DNA of 64,000 nucleotides, taken from the human T2T-CHM13v2.0 reference genome, Homo sapiens. Under the pieces are notes generated by a model. That model did not search any database. It had not been told where the DNA came from and worked only from the letters and a program-made list of their open reading frames with translations. This document shows, piece after piece, positions 1-12,120 of this stretch. Location of the stretch: NCBI RefSeq assembly GCF_009914755.1, contig NC_060925.1; one strand, 5' to 3'. The position numbers and the translations under genes were made by a program. Numbering within the stretch: position 1 is the first letter of the stretch; the number at the start of each line of letters is the position of its first letter.

Positions 1-643
1 TTTCCCTATAGACAAAGTACCACTAATTCAATCTAAAAGTTAAATTAAGCATAAAACATTTAAAAATATGCTATATGTATGCCAATTTAGGGTTGGCCAT
101 CAATTCTTTGTATACCTGTTATTTGTAATAAATTGATTCCCAGTCCTATTGTCCTAATCATTTGTCCTTTGTTTCCCTCTTCCATTTCTTCAGGTCCTCT
201 TCCAATAGATTTTACAGGGATTTACAAATTTCCTTTACAGGGGTTTAATGCTCGGTTAATATATAGCTTTGGTATTTTGGTGTCTTTATTATAAATATTC
301 AGGATTTTACACTTTTAAAAATATTATTCCTAATTCATTCCTTCTCTTTTCTTCTGTAGGCTTTTTTTTTTTTTTTGTCTCCTAAAGTTGCACGTTCCAT
401 TAAAGTGGGAGTTTTCTGTCTTGAATTGTTTGTGTACTCAAGGACTTAGGACTAAACAGTGGGTTAACAACTGCACCCCCACAAAGAGACAGGGTAAGTC
501 ACCTATGTGGTAGTACTTTCAAGAGAACAGTCAAATATGGTTTTGTGACCCTCCGTACCTCAAATCCCACTTGTGGGTATAAAATGATTTTTGTTGAAAT
601 GATTTATGTTATGTTAAAATGATTTATGTTGAAAAGACTAGAT

Positions 644-975
644 GGATATATATATACACACACATATATATATATATACCCATGACATGAGGTAGAGATG
701 CACCCCATAGGCTTACAAGTATTTCTTAAATATATATGTAATATTTAAAATATACATTATATATATTTTATATATATTATATATTTTATAAAATATAATT
801 TTATATATTTACATATAAATATATATTTGAGTTTCAAATATATATTACATGTTTATATATAATATATATTTGAGAGTCTCAAATATATATTATATATAAA
901 TATATAATACATATTTGAGACTCTCAAATATATAATATACATTTGATTAAATACAGAAATATATATATATATCTA
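644..975. repeat. (TA)n-rich low-complexity tract with internal palindromes
   Basis: Almost pure TA/TTA runs, interrupted three times by tttgag..tcaaata fold-back units. Confidence 0.95.
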
Positions 976-2059
976 TTTGAGAAATACTTGCAAGCCTATG
1001 GGGTGAATCTCCACCTCAAGACAAATAAAAGAACCTTCAACATTAACAACATGTGGGGTCCTTCAGCCAGAGAAAGAAAGAAGAGAGATGGTATCTATTT
1101 TCTTCTTCAAACAGCAGGTGGAGGCAAGGTGGTCATGTTGGAATTTTCCTGCACTTCCTTCGGTTGTCAGAGCAAGGGGTCTTAAGTGTTTCACTTGGAC
1201 CACTGATGGGCCATAATGGATAGAAAGCCAGCCTGGGATGACTCAGAGGCACTGCACCTTACAAAACTACCGGTTGGGTCATGGAGAACCCACAGAAACT
1301 ATAGGATGAGGGAAAGTCAGAAGAATTTAGCCAGAGAGTGCATTTCCTGCATACAAGGAAACACAACTGATTACTCTTCAAGCAGAATTGTACAACAAAA
1401 ACAATCAAGAAAGTATTAGTTTTGAACATCTGCCAAGCACAGAGAGCACCAATGTCAGATCACGATAGCACAAATAAAAGAATACTCTTTGCTTTTTATC
1501 TCCCTTCAACCTACCCTCTTCCCCATCAACTCTGGAAAGTTCAGAAACCACATAAGCACTAGACAAGGAAATAGAGAAACGCAAGTCACTTGCCAATCCT
1601 CACCATGCCTCACACAGACTACAAGTTTGAAAGAGCCCAAAGCTAGGGGAATGTAATTTGGAATTTTGTATATTACACATGCCTAGATGTAGTAGGACAC
1701 ATTAGCCGTGAACATATAGATGATTTCTGACTAAATATTACCAGGATGCTTTTATTACCTTAGACCATTTAGAAAATGTAAAGGATCTAAACTAGCTATA
1801 ACCCAATATTTCTGCTCCCTGTTGCAGTTTTAAACAGATATGGGGCTAGAGATGGGGCTAAAACTGTTTTGTGCTACACTCTACAGAGTTGCATGTTTTC
1901 AAAGTATGCTTAGTGATATACACATTAATCTGCATGCATTGCATTTGTCTTTATTGCTAGGGGGTGGGAGTGGCATAGCATACCAGGCCACATACCCTTA
2001 AAAGCAAATATCTGCTGTACAGTCCACAAATTACCTGTATAGCCCATGAATTACCTAAC

Positions 2060-2306
2060 CTGGCCTAGTCCATGAAGCCTCCTCCTCCAAAGTCCCCAAG
2101 TAGGCCCAGCTTTCCTGAGTTCACACCTGAACTGTCTTTAAGGTTTTCTTCTTCTCACGGAATTAGTAATCTCTACATTTTCTCTACTTGCCTTTTTCCT
2201 CTTCTAGATTTCTAATACTTTTGTAAATCATTTCCTTTATCAAGTCTTTTCTGTTTGAAATAACCAGCATTGCCTTTGTTTTCCCACCTGGGTCCTGACT
2301 GATATA
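2060..2306 (+). mobile_element. 3' part of an old ERVL-type LTR (LTR33/LTR16-like)
   Basis: Ends with tttttctgtttgaaataaccagcattg...gggtcctgactgatata, resembling the ERVL LTR terminus ...ccctgactgataca. Confidence 0.45.
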
Positions 2307-3067
2307 CTCACCCACTCTGCAGTACATACCATATAAGAATATATTAATATAAATATAAATATTTGAAGATACAGTTGAGGTAAATGCTTATGTATAACAT
2401 TTTCTTATACCTATATATTATTCACAAATAATTTTAAAATGACTTTAGAATGAATATCAAAAATTTAACTCCACTTAAAAAAGTAAAATCACATTGGATT
2501 AAAAGTAAAAGAACACTGCATTCTCTAAAATGAACTGTATATTCCATAATGAAAAGCTAGCATAACTGTGTTGACATTGCTCAGAATCATATTGTCATAT
2601 GTCTGAAATCACATGCTATTTGAAGATTTTGAGTTTTCCATCATGATCGAAATTGGTCTGAATGACTTTGGACTAAAGGTGTCACATATTGAATTCGCGG
2701 GGAAAAGCACTTGTAACAGTACTGTGGAATTCACCCCATTCTGTAACCCATTTTGTATTAGTACATGCAAGGACAATACAATACTCCTGGATATTTTGGT
2801 TGGACTTCCAGGACTGCTATTTAACAATATCCAACAGAAAAACATGTCAGAATAAATGCTTTTTATTTCTCAATGATACAGAAAACATAAAATGGAAATA
2901 AAAAAATTAAAAAGGCAATATTCAAAACACTATCTTAAAACAATGTTTTAAACAAGTAAAAGCCTTTATCATCATGTGTTGTAAAGACGCCCCCATACCA
3001 ATCTGTATGCAGATGCTGTTTCTATCATTGAAGCCTCAAAAATATTTAATTCTTGGAGTTTCAGTTA

Positions 3068-3135
3068 ATATTTATAAAGTGCTGAACACAGTGCTTGACA
3101 TATAATAACTACTCAAAATATAATGTTTAATATCA
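3068..3135 (+). mobile_element. MIR 3' fragment
   Basis: ataaagtgctgaacacagtgcttgacatataataactactcaaaata matches the MIR tail. Confidence 0.6.
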
Positions 3136-4298
3136 TTAAGACTTGATTACTGGTAAGTAATTTGATAAAGTTGAGAAATTCCTACCAAAGAAAAAGCCTC
3201 AATATTCTGTAAGTTCAATGATAAATGCAATAAAACAAAGTTAGCACAAAGGTCTAAGTTAAAAAAAAAAAAAAAGAAGAGAAAATGAAAAACTAATATC
3301 CTCAGACAATAAAGAAGAAACTATTTTTTTCTGGGATATTGGCCTTTGCACAATTCTATTATTATTATTTGAATAAATAGAAAATTTGAATGCCATGTGA
3401 ATGGCAAATTGGCACACACTATCTTTGCAACTATATCCTAAATGCAGAGTTTCATATATATCCAGATTTTATTCAAGCAGCTTATAATGCTAAGCACAAT
3501 TAGATTGGACTGAATCATTAAAAGTATTGCACTGACAAACCAAAAATAGAGTATCATAAAATCATACTTTCATTCAGTGAAAAAACATAAACTCTGATAT
3601 GATAAATTGTCCTATAAGCAAATGCCTAACATTCCCTTGGGAAGTGTTCACCTTACTTTGGTGCTAAGGATTAATCATAAATAAAGAATAGCATTGTTTG
3701 GTGGCAAAGGAAAATTATCAGATGTATTTTTCTTTTACTACTTTGATAAATGGCTTATGAATAGAGTTAATACTTACTTACCTCTGGGTTTTCTTATTTC
3801 CCACCAGAAAGAATAGAGGAAATTCAGCATTACTTCATAATAATACATATCCGAGGTCATGCTTGTGGTACTTAAGAACAGGGATCAGAAACAGATTTTG
3901 TAGAATTATAGGGCTTTTTCCCTCTGACATAAAAGATGGTGCTCAAGAACTAACTTAATTTTTATGTCTCCATAATCCTTCATACTCACAAGGAATTCCT
4001 AGCCCTATCTTGTCTATATAATTTTGACCTCACCCACATAACATAGCTGCATTAGAATTTTGCAAGATTAAAATCTCTGATTCTTTTCATAATTGGAGCA
4101 AGAAAGCTACTCGAAGTTTCTTCAGTGTTTGAAAGTAAAATATTCTAATGAGAATTGGAAAGTGCATACTAGGACCATAAAGTATTATGAGACAATCTTT
4201 AGCATTATATCAAATCATCAATTGGAAACTAGAAACAAACAAGTTAGATAGGTCAGCATCTGATTCTCATGCACTTTTTAGGGCATCCAAATATCCAT

Positions 4299-4663
4299 AG
4301 ATATGGTTGGGCTCTGTGTCCCCACCCAAACTTCATCTTGTAGCTTCCATCATTCCCATGTGTTGTGGGAAAGACCAAATGGAAGATGATTGAAATATGG
4401 GGGTGGGTGTTTCCTGTGCTGTTCTCCTGATAGTGAATGGGTCTCATGAGATCTGACAGTTTTAAAAATGAGAGTTTCCCTGCACAAGCTCTCTTTTTGC
4501 CTGGTGCCATCCATATAAGATGTGACTTGCTCCTCCTTGCCTTCTGCCATGATTGTGAGACCTCCTCAGCCATGTGGAACTGTAAATTCAATAAACTTCT
4601 TTCTTTTGTAAATTGCCCAGTCTTGGGTATGTCTTTTCAGCAGTGTGAAAACAAACTAATACA
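4299..4663 (+). mobile_element. THE1B solo LTR (ERVL-MaLR)
   Basis: gatatggttgggctctgtgtccccacccaaa ... gagtttccctgcacaagctctc ... aactaataca. 5-bp TSD tccat/tccac. Confidence 0.93.
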
Positions 4664-7199
4664 TCCACATTTCATGTTTCTTTATTGGTAACAATATATC
4701 AAATTCAATATGAAAAATGAAAGATCCTGAAGAGACTACCATAGGAAAAATTAGAAAAAAATATGTAGTTTCATATGGAGTTATCTACAGAAATTTCGAA
4801 AGAATATCTTAAAATGACATGAGTCCAGGTGGATTTTGTAAAACTGTTAGGAAATACAGTTTTGTCAGATGTTGTGAATTCCTTTGCTAAATGAATGAAA
4901 TCTGTTCAAATCTGAAAAAAGACCCTTGAGTAGAAAGAAAGTAATTAATGGAAAATATAATCATCTAACAGGGCAATAGAGAGAGAAAAATTCAAAATAT
5001 CCCAAAAAAGGAAGACTAATGAGGAAAAACTGTATTTCTGTTTGTAAAACAAGTCATTCAACCTCAAAGTTCATTTGTACATAGTCTTAGTCCTAACAAA
5101 TATGAATGTCCTATAATAGAGCAAAAATGCAAAAAAAGGTAAAGTTTGAGAGAGAGTAAATATTGAAACCTTAGAAAAGGGGATTTGACACTTATAGGAT
5201 GAAATGATAAAAATTAAATATTTTTGAAGGAGCATGAAGAAAAACAAAGCCAAGTAAAGAAAGAACACATTGAGAATAATAGATGTTTATAATTTTAAAA
5301 TATTTTTTGAGGAAAAGTATACAAAGAAAAATAAAATTGGCTCCAGAGAGATGAGACCTCTATTCAATTCAAAGACATTTAGTTTAGGGCACTGCAACCC
5401 TTCAAAATGATAAATAAATTATAGCTTCATGATTATAGCCAGATAAATGACCTGAAGCAACAGATCTATGTTAGAATACATAAAAGCAGGTACAAGATTC
5501 AACTTGGCAGCAAATGAAATAATCTTTAGTTATTTAAATCTTTAGTTATTTTGACCATTAAAGACAAACAAATCTAAGGACACTAAAAAGTAAACCTATT
5601 TCCAATGGTAATGAAAGGTACTTTTACAGAATTTTCACTGAGTTCTAGATATAGTTTGTTTTACTACAACAGAATAAAAATAGCTCAAATATGCAAGATA
5701 TAAGACAAAGAAAACACTAATTCAAAGTACGTAAATTTGTCAGAAGAAACTTAATGTATAAAAAATTAACACAGATAAGATGATCAAAAGGTCTACAACA
5801 AGAAACAAATAAAAATATTGCAAGCAAACATATTAGAATGCTATTTCACAGGCTGTTGGGGAAGTAATCTGTGTGACCTATAAACATCCATCTTCTTCCA
5901 ACGTCCTTAATTTTCAAATACGCAGAATGGTAAACAGATTAAAAGAAAAGATTAACCACCCTTTCCATACTTAGTATCAAAAAACCTTTAGATTCTTACA
6001 TTGAGCATTCTTGTCTTCCTGGCTTCTTCCCAAGTTCATTTAAAAGATTAGTTTTGCTGTTTTGTTTTGTTTTTTTTTTGTGCCAGCAATCTGTTCTTAG
6101 CCTTTTAAATATCTGCTCATCCATTTCAGTAAGCATTTCAAGCATACAAGGAAAAGATGAGATTTAATATTAATAAGTGATCCAAAGTTAAATCCCTAGA
6201 AAACCATTTCAATATTTATTTCTGAGAGTCTCCTGTCATGCAGCATGTAAGAAAATGAAAAAGCAGAGCAGAAATAGAGTTAAAATCCAAAGAAACGTCA
6301 TTCAATTTTAATGAGTAACTATGCTAGACGATCCTATTTCCTAAAATTGTACTTAATACAGGGTTTTTAAATAATATAAGCTAATTTTTAAAATATGCAA
6401 ATTTTAATATAAAAATTAATGTAAGCTTAATAGGCATCAGATACTAGTAAACATGATTTTCATAAATTATAAGTAATCCACTAAAATTTTTAAAAGATTT
6501 AGAATCTTTTATAATAATATATGATTCAAAAATAGATTTCAGAGTTTTTTTTGAAAGGTTGAGTTTGATCAGTATGTATTTTCAATTCACAAGAAATACT
6601 CCTATTATAAGTAATCACTCTACTCTTACGCACTGAAGCCATGAAAAATCCAGAAATTCAATTTTTAAACTTAAGAAATTATAGTTATTAACAAAGATTA
6701 CTAGTACTAGTAACATCCTAATAAGCATTTGGTTTATTAATTAACACTCAAGACTTTTAATTTTTACTACACATTGGTAGACATTAAGTCTTTCCTCAAG
6801 CAGATGAAATATTCTGTATAGAAGCATATAGCACCAAGTATACAAATATTCTTCACTTGCACAGAAAGAAAGTAAAAACTGCTCATCCAGGCAGACAAGG
6901 CCTTCCAGAATCTAGCTTTATGTAAAACAGGAGCCAGCCAAAATGGACCAACTACTCTTTTGACTCATTTCTGCTTTTCCTCTCTGGGCACTTTCATCTA
7001 TCTCCAATAGCCTTTCTATTTCACAACTTCCACTTTTACCTCTAATTGTGCAAAATCTAGCCATCCTATGCATCCCCGAAGACTCTACCCAAACTCAAAT
7101 TTTCTTTTTTGCAGCTTTTCCTTATTATCCTCTACTAGAAGTGATAACGACAGCACTTAATTCCCATGGAACTCTTTCTTCGTTAAACTAACATTACCT

Positions 7200-7320
7200 T
7201 ACAGAATGTTAGAATTGGAAGCAACTTTAGAGTTTGTTTCAATCACAACTCCTTTTTAATTTTTGTACCTCAGAAAGCTGAAGTCTCTACTAAATAAATT
7301 GCTTAACAGTACATCATTAG
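7200..7320 (-). mobile_element. MIR-family fragment
   Basis: acagaatgttagaattggaagcaactttagag...gaaagctgaagtc resembles antisense MIR/MIR3. Confidence 0.55.
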
Positions 7321-7859
7321 AAACAAATCGTATCCCTTCTTGCTTGCCCCTTTTCTATCTTGTTCTTTAAACAGGTTTGCAAGTGGTTTATAACCCCTTT
7401 AAATGTGTAAGCGCCTTCAAGTTTCATAAATTCTTAATACATATTTACCCAGCATTTTTTCCCCAAAAGGGAACCACTAAATAATTGATAAATCGGGTGG
7501 AATAGTGAGGGTGAGGTGAGTGGGTGGGGACAGGAACAAGCCTTACATCTACTAGCAAATAGAAACTAAAAATTTCTCTAGGGATCTAATAAGGAATAAT
7601 ACTACTTTTAAAATGCTCTTCTAGTCTTCTCAACCTGTGGTGATTAATCCTATATCATCTTCAAAGAAAAGAAACACACATTAAGGATCTTAGTTCTTTT
7701 CTGCCTTTAACATATTTTTGACACATTCTGAATAATTAAGTCAATTAACTGGACATTTTTTTTTGTTCTGAAACAAAAAAGGATATCCTAGAGATATTCT
7801 CCTATTACAATCCTTATACCACTGGCCCAAAATCATATGGACTGATTTTCTATTCTAAT

Positions 7860-8375
7860 GAAGGATCCAGATAAGTAATCAGAAATATACAAAAAGTTAT
7901 GCATAGTTGTATTAAGGAAATATATAGTATAATGAAATAGGAAATTTCGGTGTCCACTTTAGAGTGGCTACCAAAATTTCTCTGAGGAAGTGACATTTAA
8001 ACAGAAACTAGAAGGGCTGAGTCAAGAGGATAGCTTGAGGCCAGGAGTTCAAGACACCAGCCTAGGCAACACAGCAAGACGTCTCTAAAGAAATAAAAAT
8101 AAATAATAATAATGCAAAAAATTAGCCAGGTGTAGTGACATACGCCTGTGGTCCCAGCTCTTCAGGAGGCTGAGGCAGGAGTATTCATTGAGCCTAGGAG
8201 TCCAAGCTTTCAGTGAGCTATTCACTACTGCATTCTAGCCTGGGCAAAAGAGTGAGTCCCTGTCTCTAAAAATACTTAATAAATAAGCATAAAACTGAAG
8301 ATAAAAATGAAGCACCTTAGAAAGAATCTGAGGATGTTTATCCAAGGCAGAGAAAATAGTAAGTACAAAGAGATA
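7860..8375 (-). mobile_element. L2 fragment interrupted by an Alu
   Basis: ttctctgaggaagtgacatttaaacagaaac ... ccaaggcagagaaaatagtaagtacaaag, typical antisense L2 on both sides of the Alu. Confidence 0.6.
8012..8290 (+). mobile_element. AluJ, 5'-truncated
   Basis: cttgaggccaggagttcaagac...ttagccagg...gagcctaggag...ctgtctctaaaa; J-type diagnostics and an A-rich tail. Confidence 0.9.
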
Positions 8376-9557
8376 TTTCAATGACCACAAGTGGTAGCAT
8401 GGCTTATTGATCAGAAACTGAATTTTCCCATGGCTTAAAATGAAACAAATTAAGCATATAAAATTGTAGCACCAAAAGTTGTTTGCACAAATTTTTATTT
8501 GGATACACAGCTCTATAGCACAGAGAATTTAGCCTCAAGCTCATTCCTCTGTGTTTCCCATTGTCATTGTACACATTGTCAACGCATATAACCTTAAGCC
8601 AGGAAGCAAGCTGAACAGAAACATGTCAATCTTTCCTACTAAAAGGTGAGCGTTTTGTGAATAAGCACCATTTTTTACTCATCTTTGTATCCCAATTTTT
8701 GGCATACTGTAGGGCATTAATAAAAGCTAAATTGTTGGTGTTATTATTTCGCTCTATAAATCAGGCTAAACAGCAAAATGGTGGAAACTTTCAAAGCAGC
8801 TATTTTGAATGGCTAAGGTAATGCATATCAGGCTCTGGGTAATGTGAAGTAAAGTACCTGTATTTTTGTGCTGCTACATCTGGTGCAGATTTTGCTATGA
8901 CATCTTTTGTTGATTTGTAGTTGAAGTATTTCACATTGTGGTGTAGAAAAATGGCTGCTTATATGGGATTTTAAAAAGTCAATGATGTTACAATGTTTGA
9001 TTCTGTTAAAGTCCACTGCTTTTCTAGATAAAGAAATCTTTATATTGTAAAAAAGGTCAAAAAGTTTAAGAAAATCATAATTTAAAAATTAATTACATAT
9101 AGTATATAAAGTTAAATTTAATGATGATTAATGTTAAAAATATGTTGGGAAAGTGAATTAAAATCTTTAACAAATAAATATTTGTAAACAATAGTTATAT
9201 GCTCACTGTTATTGAAAGGCATTTATATAATGCAGTTAAATAATAAATTTCATTTAAATGTATTTTTAAATCACAAATTGGGAACAGCAATTATAAAATT
9301 GTGTAACCTGCACAATTTTAAATGAATATTTGAATAATTATTTTTAGTGTGACTATGCAAATTTCACTGAAAGTACATTGCTGGGCCTATTAGCCGACTT
9401 ATTAAAATACCTTAAAGAATTGCTTTATTCTCTAAAGTGTTTGTCTACTTCAATTCTAACTAATATGCAAAAGGTAATCATTATTTTTTATTCCTATCCA
9501 TGGTTGACCCTTCTATATATTTTACTTGTGTGACGACAGCAGTTGTTTATTATTGGA

Positions 9558-9907
9558 TGTGGTAGCCAGCCTTCAAAATAGTTCTCAATAGTCTTTGACT
9601 TCTGGCATTCACAACCTTGTATAGTTCCCCATCTCACTGAATAAACTTGACTGTGTTTATAATAGGATATTAAGGAAATGACTACATGTGACTTCTGAGG
9701 TTAGGCCATAAAGACATTGAGGCTCCTATCTTGCTCTACTGGATTGCTTACTCTGGGAGAAGCTAATGTCATGAGGATACACTAGCAATTGTATAAAGAA
9801 GCCCACTTAGAGTAGAACAGAAGTTTTCTTAATAGTGCCAATTTGCCTGCCAAATAGGTAAGCCATCTTGGAATCATATTCCCCAGTCCAATCAAGCCTT
9901 CAGATTT
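9558..9907 (+). mobile_element. MLT1F-like LTR, 3'-truncated
   Basis: Begins tgtggtagccagccttcaaaat; contains gtgacttctgaggttaggccataaagacattg and gccatcttggaa...caagccttcagat. Confidence 0.8.
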
Positions 9908-9909
9908 GA

Positions 9910-10065
9910 ACCTAAGTAATTCTTTTTTTCCTATTCCCCCAATAAGCTAAACTTCGACCCCACTAAACTTTCCACCATCTTTAAAATCCTACATGCACTT
10001 ACCACATTTTGCCTTTGCTTGTTATGTTCCCGATGCATTGTAAGCCCAGCCCTTCTCTAAATGGC
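9910..10065 (+). mobile_element. L2 fragment (upstream part)
   Basis: catgcacttaccacattttgcctttgcttgttatgttcccgatgc resembles the L2 motif gcctttgcacatgctgttccc. Confidence 0.5.
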
Positions 10066-10099
10066 TGATGTTTATCCATTTATATGTAAATTTCAGAGA

Positions 10100-11855
10100 C
10101 ATATAATTAGTGTGTAATGCACACCAAGATTATGCTGAAAGGTCACAATTTTTGATAAGGTACCTTACATTTGTTCATTACTAAAATACATATTACAATC
10201 AAGATTACCATCATGAGATGACGACTTGATAATGGTAATCTAGTACCTGAATCTGGATTTCTCCAATATAAATATATTTGTTTTAAGCATACATTGTGAA
10301 GCAAAAAGAAGAAACACTTCTTTTGGCATGATCATCGTGATGGCATGAACCCTGGAATGAATCCAGCTCACTTATGGTTTGGAGCAGAATAAAATATTGT
10401 CAGTGACTATATCTACAAAATTGTTGTCATTTCTATTATGCGATATTATTTTGTTGCATCGAAAAAAATTTCTTATTTCCTGGGACCAGTTTGAAAACTA
10501 CAATGGACAGTGACATCCTTGAAAGTGTGAAAAGTTTATTTGCCAAGAAAAACTTAGCTTGGAAGGGAAGGGTTGGTAAATTTGTCCACAGACGGAGCAC
10601 CTGTGAGGATTGGCAGCATAGTTTTGCTGCTTTGGTGAAGAAAGGAGCTCCCCACAAGACTGTGACTCACTATTTTCTAAGCTGTCATATAATGGCAATA
10701 AAGACACTGCCAGTAATCCTGAGAGAATTTTTGTCTACTGTCCCGAAAGTTGTCAACTTTATCAGAGCCAGGGTCTTGAATCACTGCCTTTTTAAGAAGT
10801 ATGCCAAGAGAATAGAAAGAGAATATGAAGTTTGTTTGTCCTATGTAGAAGTTTGTCAACTTTCCAGAGCACTAGTTCCAAAGATCTTGATTGAACTTTC
10901 AGTAAAAAAGTTCAAGAGATAGAAAACTCATCCTCAAAACAAGCTGACAGAGTTTCCTGGTGGCTTGACTAACTTGGTGGGTATTTCTCTATTTCAGATA
11001 GAACCCTGTGACACTGTTCTTGAGAATGATGATAAACTAAGAACTATTTTATCCAAGTTGCTATTAATAATTGGGGAGAGAAATTAGCAGGTGGACAACT
11101 ATATGAACTTTCAAATGCTATAGAAAGTGCTTCGTCAGGGTTGATAGTGACAAAGCCTTGTCAAATTATTCCAGGAAAATGCCTTTGGGCCCTGGAATCC
11201 AACAGAACTCTTGATTATTGCTTTTGCTGATTTCGCTTTAAAATTGAACACAGGCTGCATAATTCTGATATTGACATAGAAAACACTAGTGAAGCAGTCC
11301 TGGCCAAATCTGACTGCAAAAATTGCTCACATGAATTTAAATGAAGAATCTTGGAGAATTCTGGTGTTTTAGAAAATAGTTAACCTCTCATGGACAGAGC
11401 TGACAAAAGAAGCCCTGATTCCACTTCGTATTATTGTCAAGATTTGCATATTTCCAATCAAAAACAGGACAACTTCAATTGATGTCACAGGTGATGTATA
11501 CATAACCACATTTCACAAAAATGCACAAATTTAAATTCATATTCAAGCAGGTGTCTTATCAAATAAATTAATTTTGAACAAAGTCAAAGTTTCACTTACT
11601 TTAATTTGTACAAATTTGATTCTTGCTCTTTTTACTTGTTTTTTGAATTGAGCTATTAACTTTTGCTTAAAAATAGTGAAACATTTTATAAAAGTTTAAC
11701 TCAGCATATGAATAAAATGCATGCTAATTTATTACATAGACTTTATGAACAATTTTTCATTTCTGTTTATATTTGCATTTGTCCAGTGCAGGGACCTCCC
11801 TTGATTCCATTAGATTCTCAATGGATTTGGTGACTGTACTAATTAAGAACCAGGC
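10100..11855 (+). mobile_element. hAT-Charlie (Buster-type) DNA transposon relic
   Basis: Internal transposase homology, and a right end attaagaacca resembling the Charlie TIR. The left boundary is uncertain. Confidence 0.85.
10340..11560 (+). pseudogene. Decayed Charlie/Buster transposase coding sequence
   Basis: ORF 10491-10922 (FAALVKKGAPHKTVTHYFLSCHIMAIKTLP..VVNFIRARVLNHCLFKK..EVCQLSR) aligns by eye with the ZBED5/SCAND3/FAM200-type motifs THCxxHxxALxxK, VNFIRxRxLNHRLF and HTEVRWLSRG. Conserved C/H/W residues are lost, and the flanks have stops and frameshifts. Confidence 0.88.
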
Positions 11856-11857
11856 AT

Positions 11858-12120
11858 CTCACCTCTTAGGAAAGCTTGCTTTGATTTTCCAAGCCTGAGT
11901 CAACACTGCTTCACTTTGCATTCCTACTACTCTCTGTTTCTATTACTATATTAATGCTTATCAAGTTTTATTACAGTTTTCTTTTTTCATGTCACTAGAT
12001 TATCATATTATTCAGGACAGGAATCATATATTCAAATTTGTAGTCAGGACACATATTAATTAGTACAGTGTCATGCAAACAGTAGGTGCTCACAAAAGTT
12101 TCAGGAATGAATAAATGCAA
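11858..12120 (+). mobile_element. L2 3' end
   Basis: cacctcttaggaaagc...actagattat...caggacaggaatc...agtaggtgctcacaaaagtttcaggaatgaataaatg. Confidence 0.75.

Noticed and set aside
1020-1830. LTR- or L1 5'-like sequence with short ORFs
   Set aside because: Probably an old repeat, but I cannot assign a family or boundaries with any confidence.
4253-4691. Three overlapping ORFs
   Set aside because: They lie mostly within the THE1B LTR; typical repeat-derived frames.
5521-5551. Short tandem duplications and palindromes (aatctttagttattt x2; also 6698-6713 ttactagtactagtaa and about 47492-47519 aaataggagttc x2)
   Set aside because: Ordinary slippage-scale events expected in AT-rich DNA.
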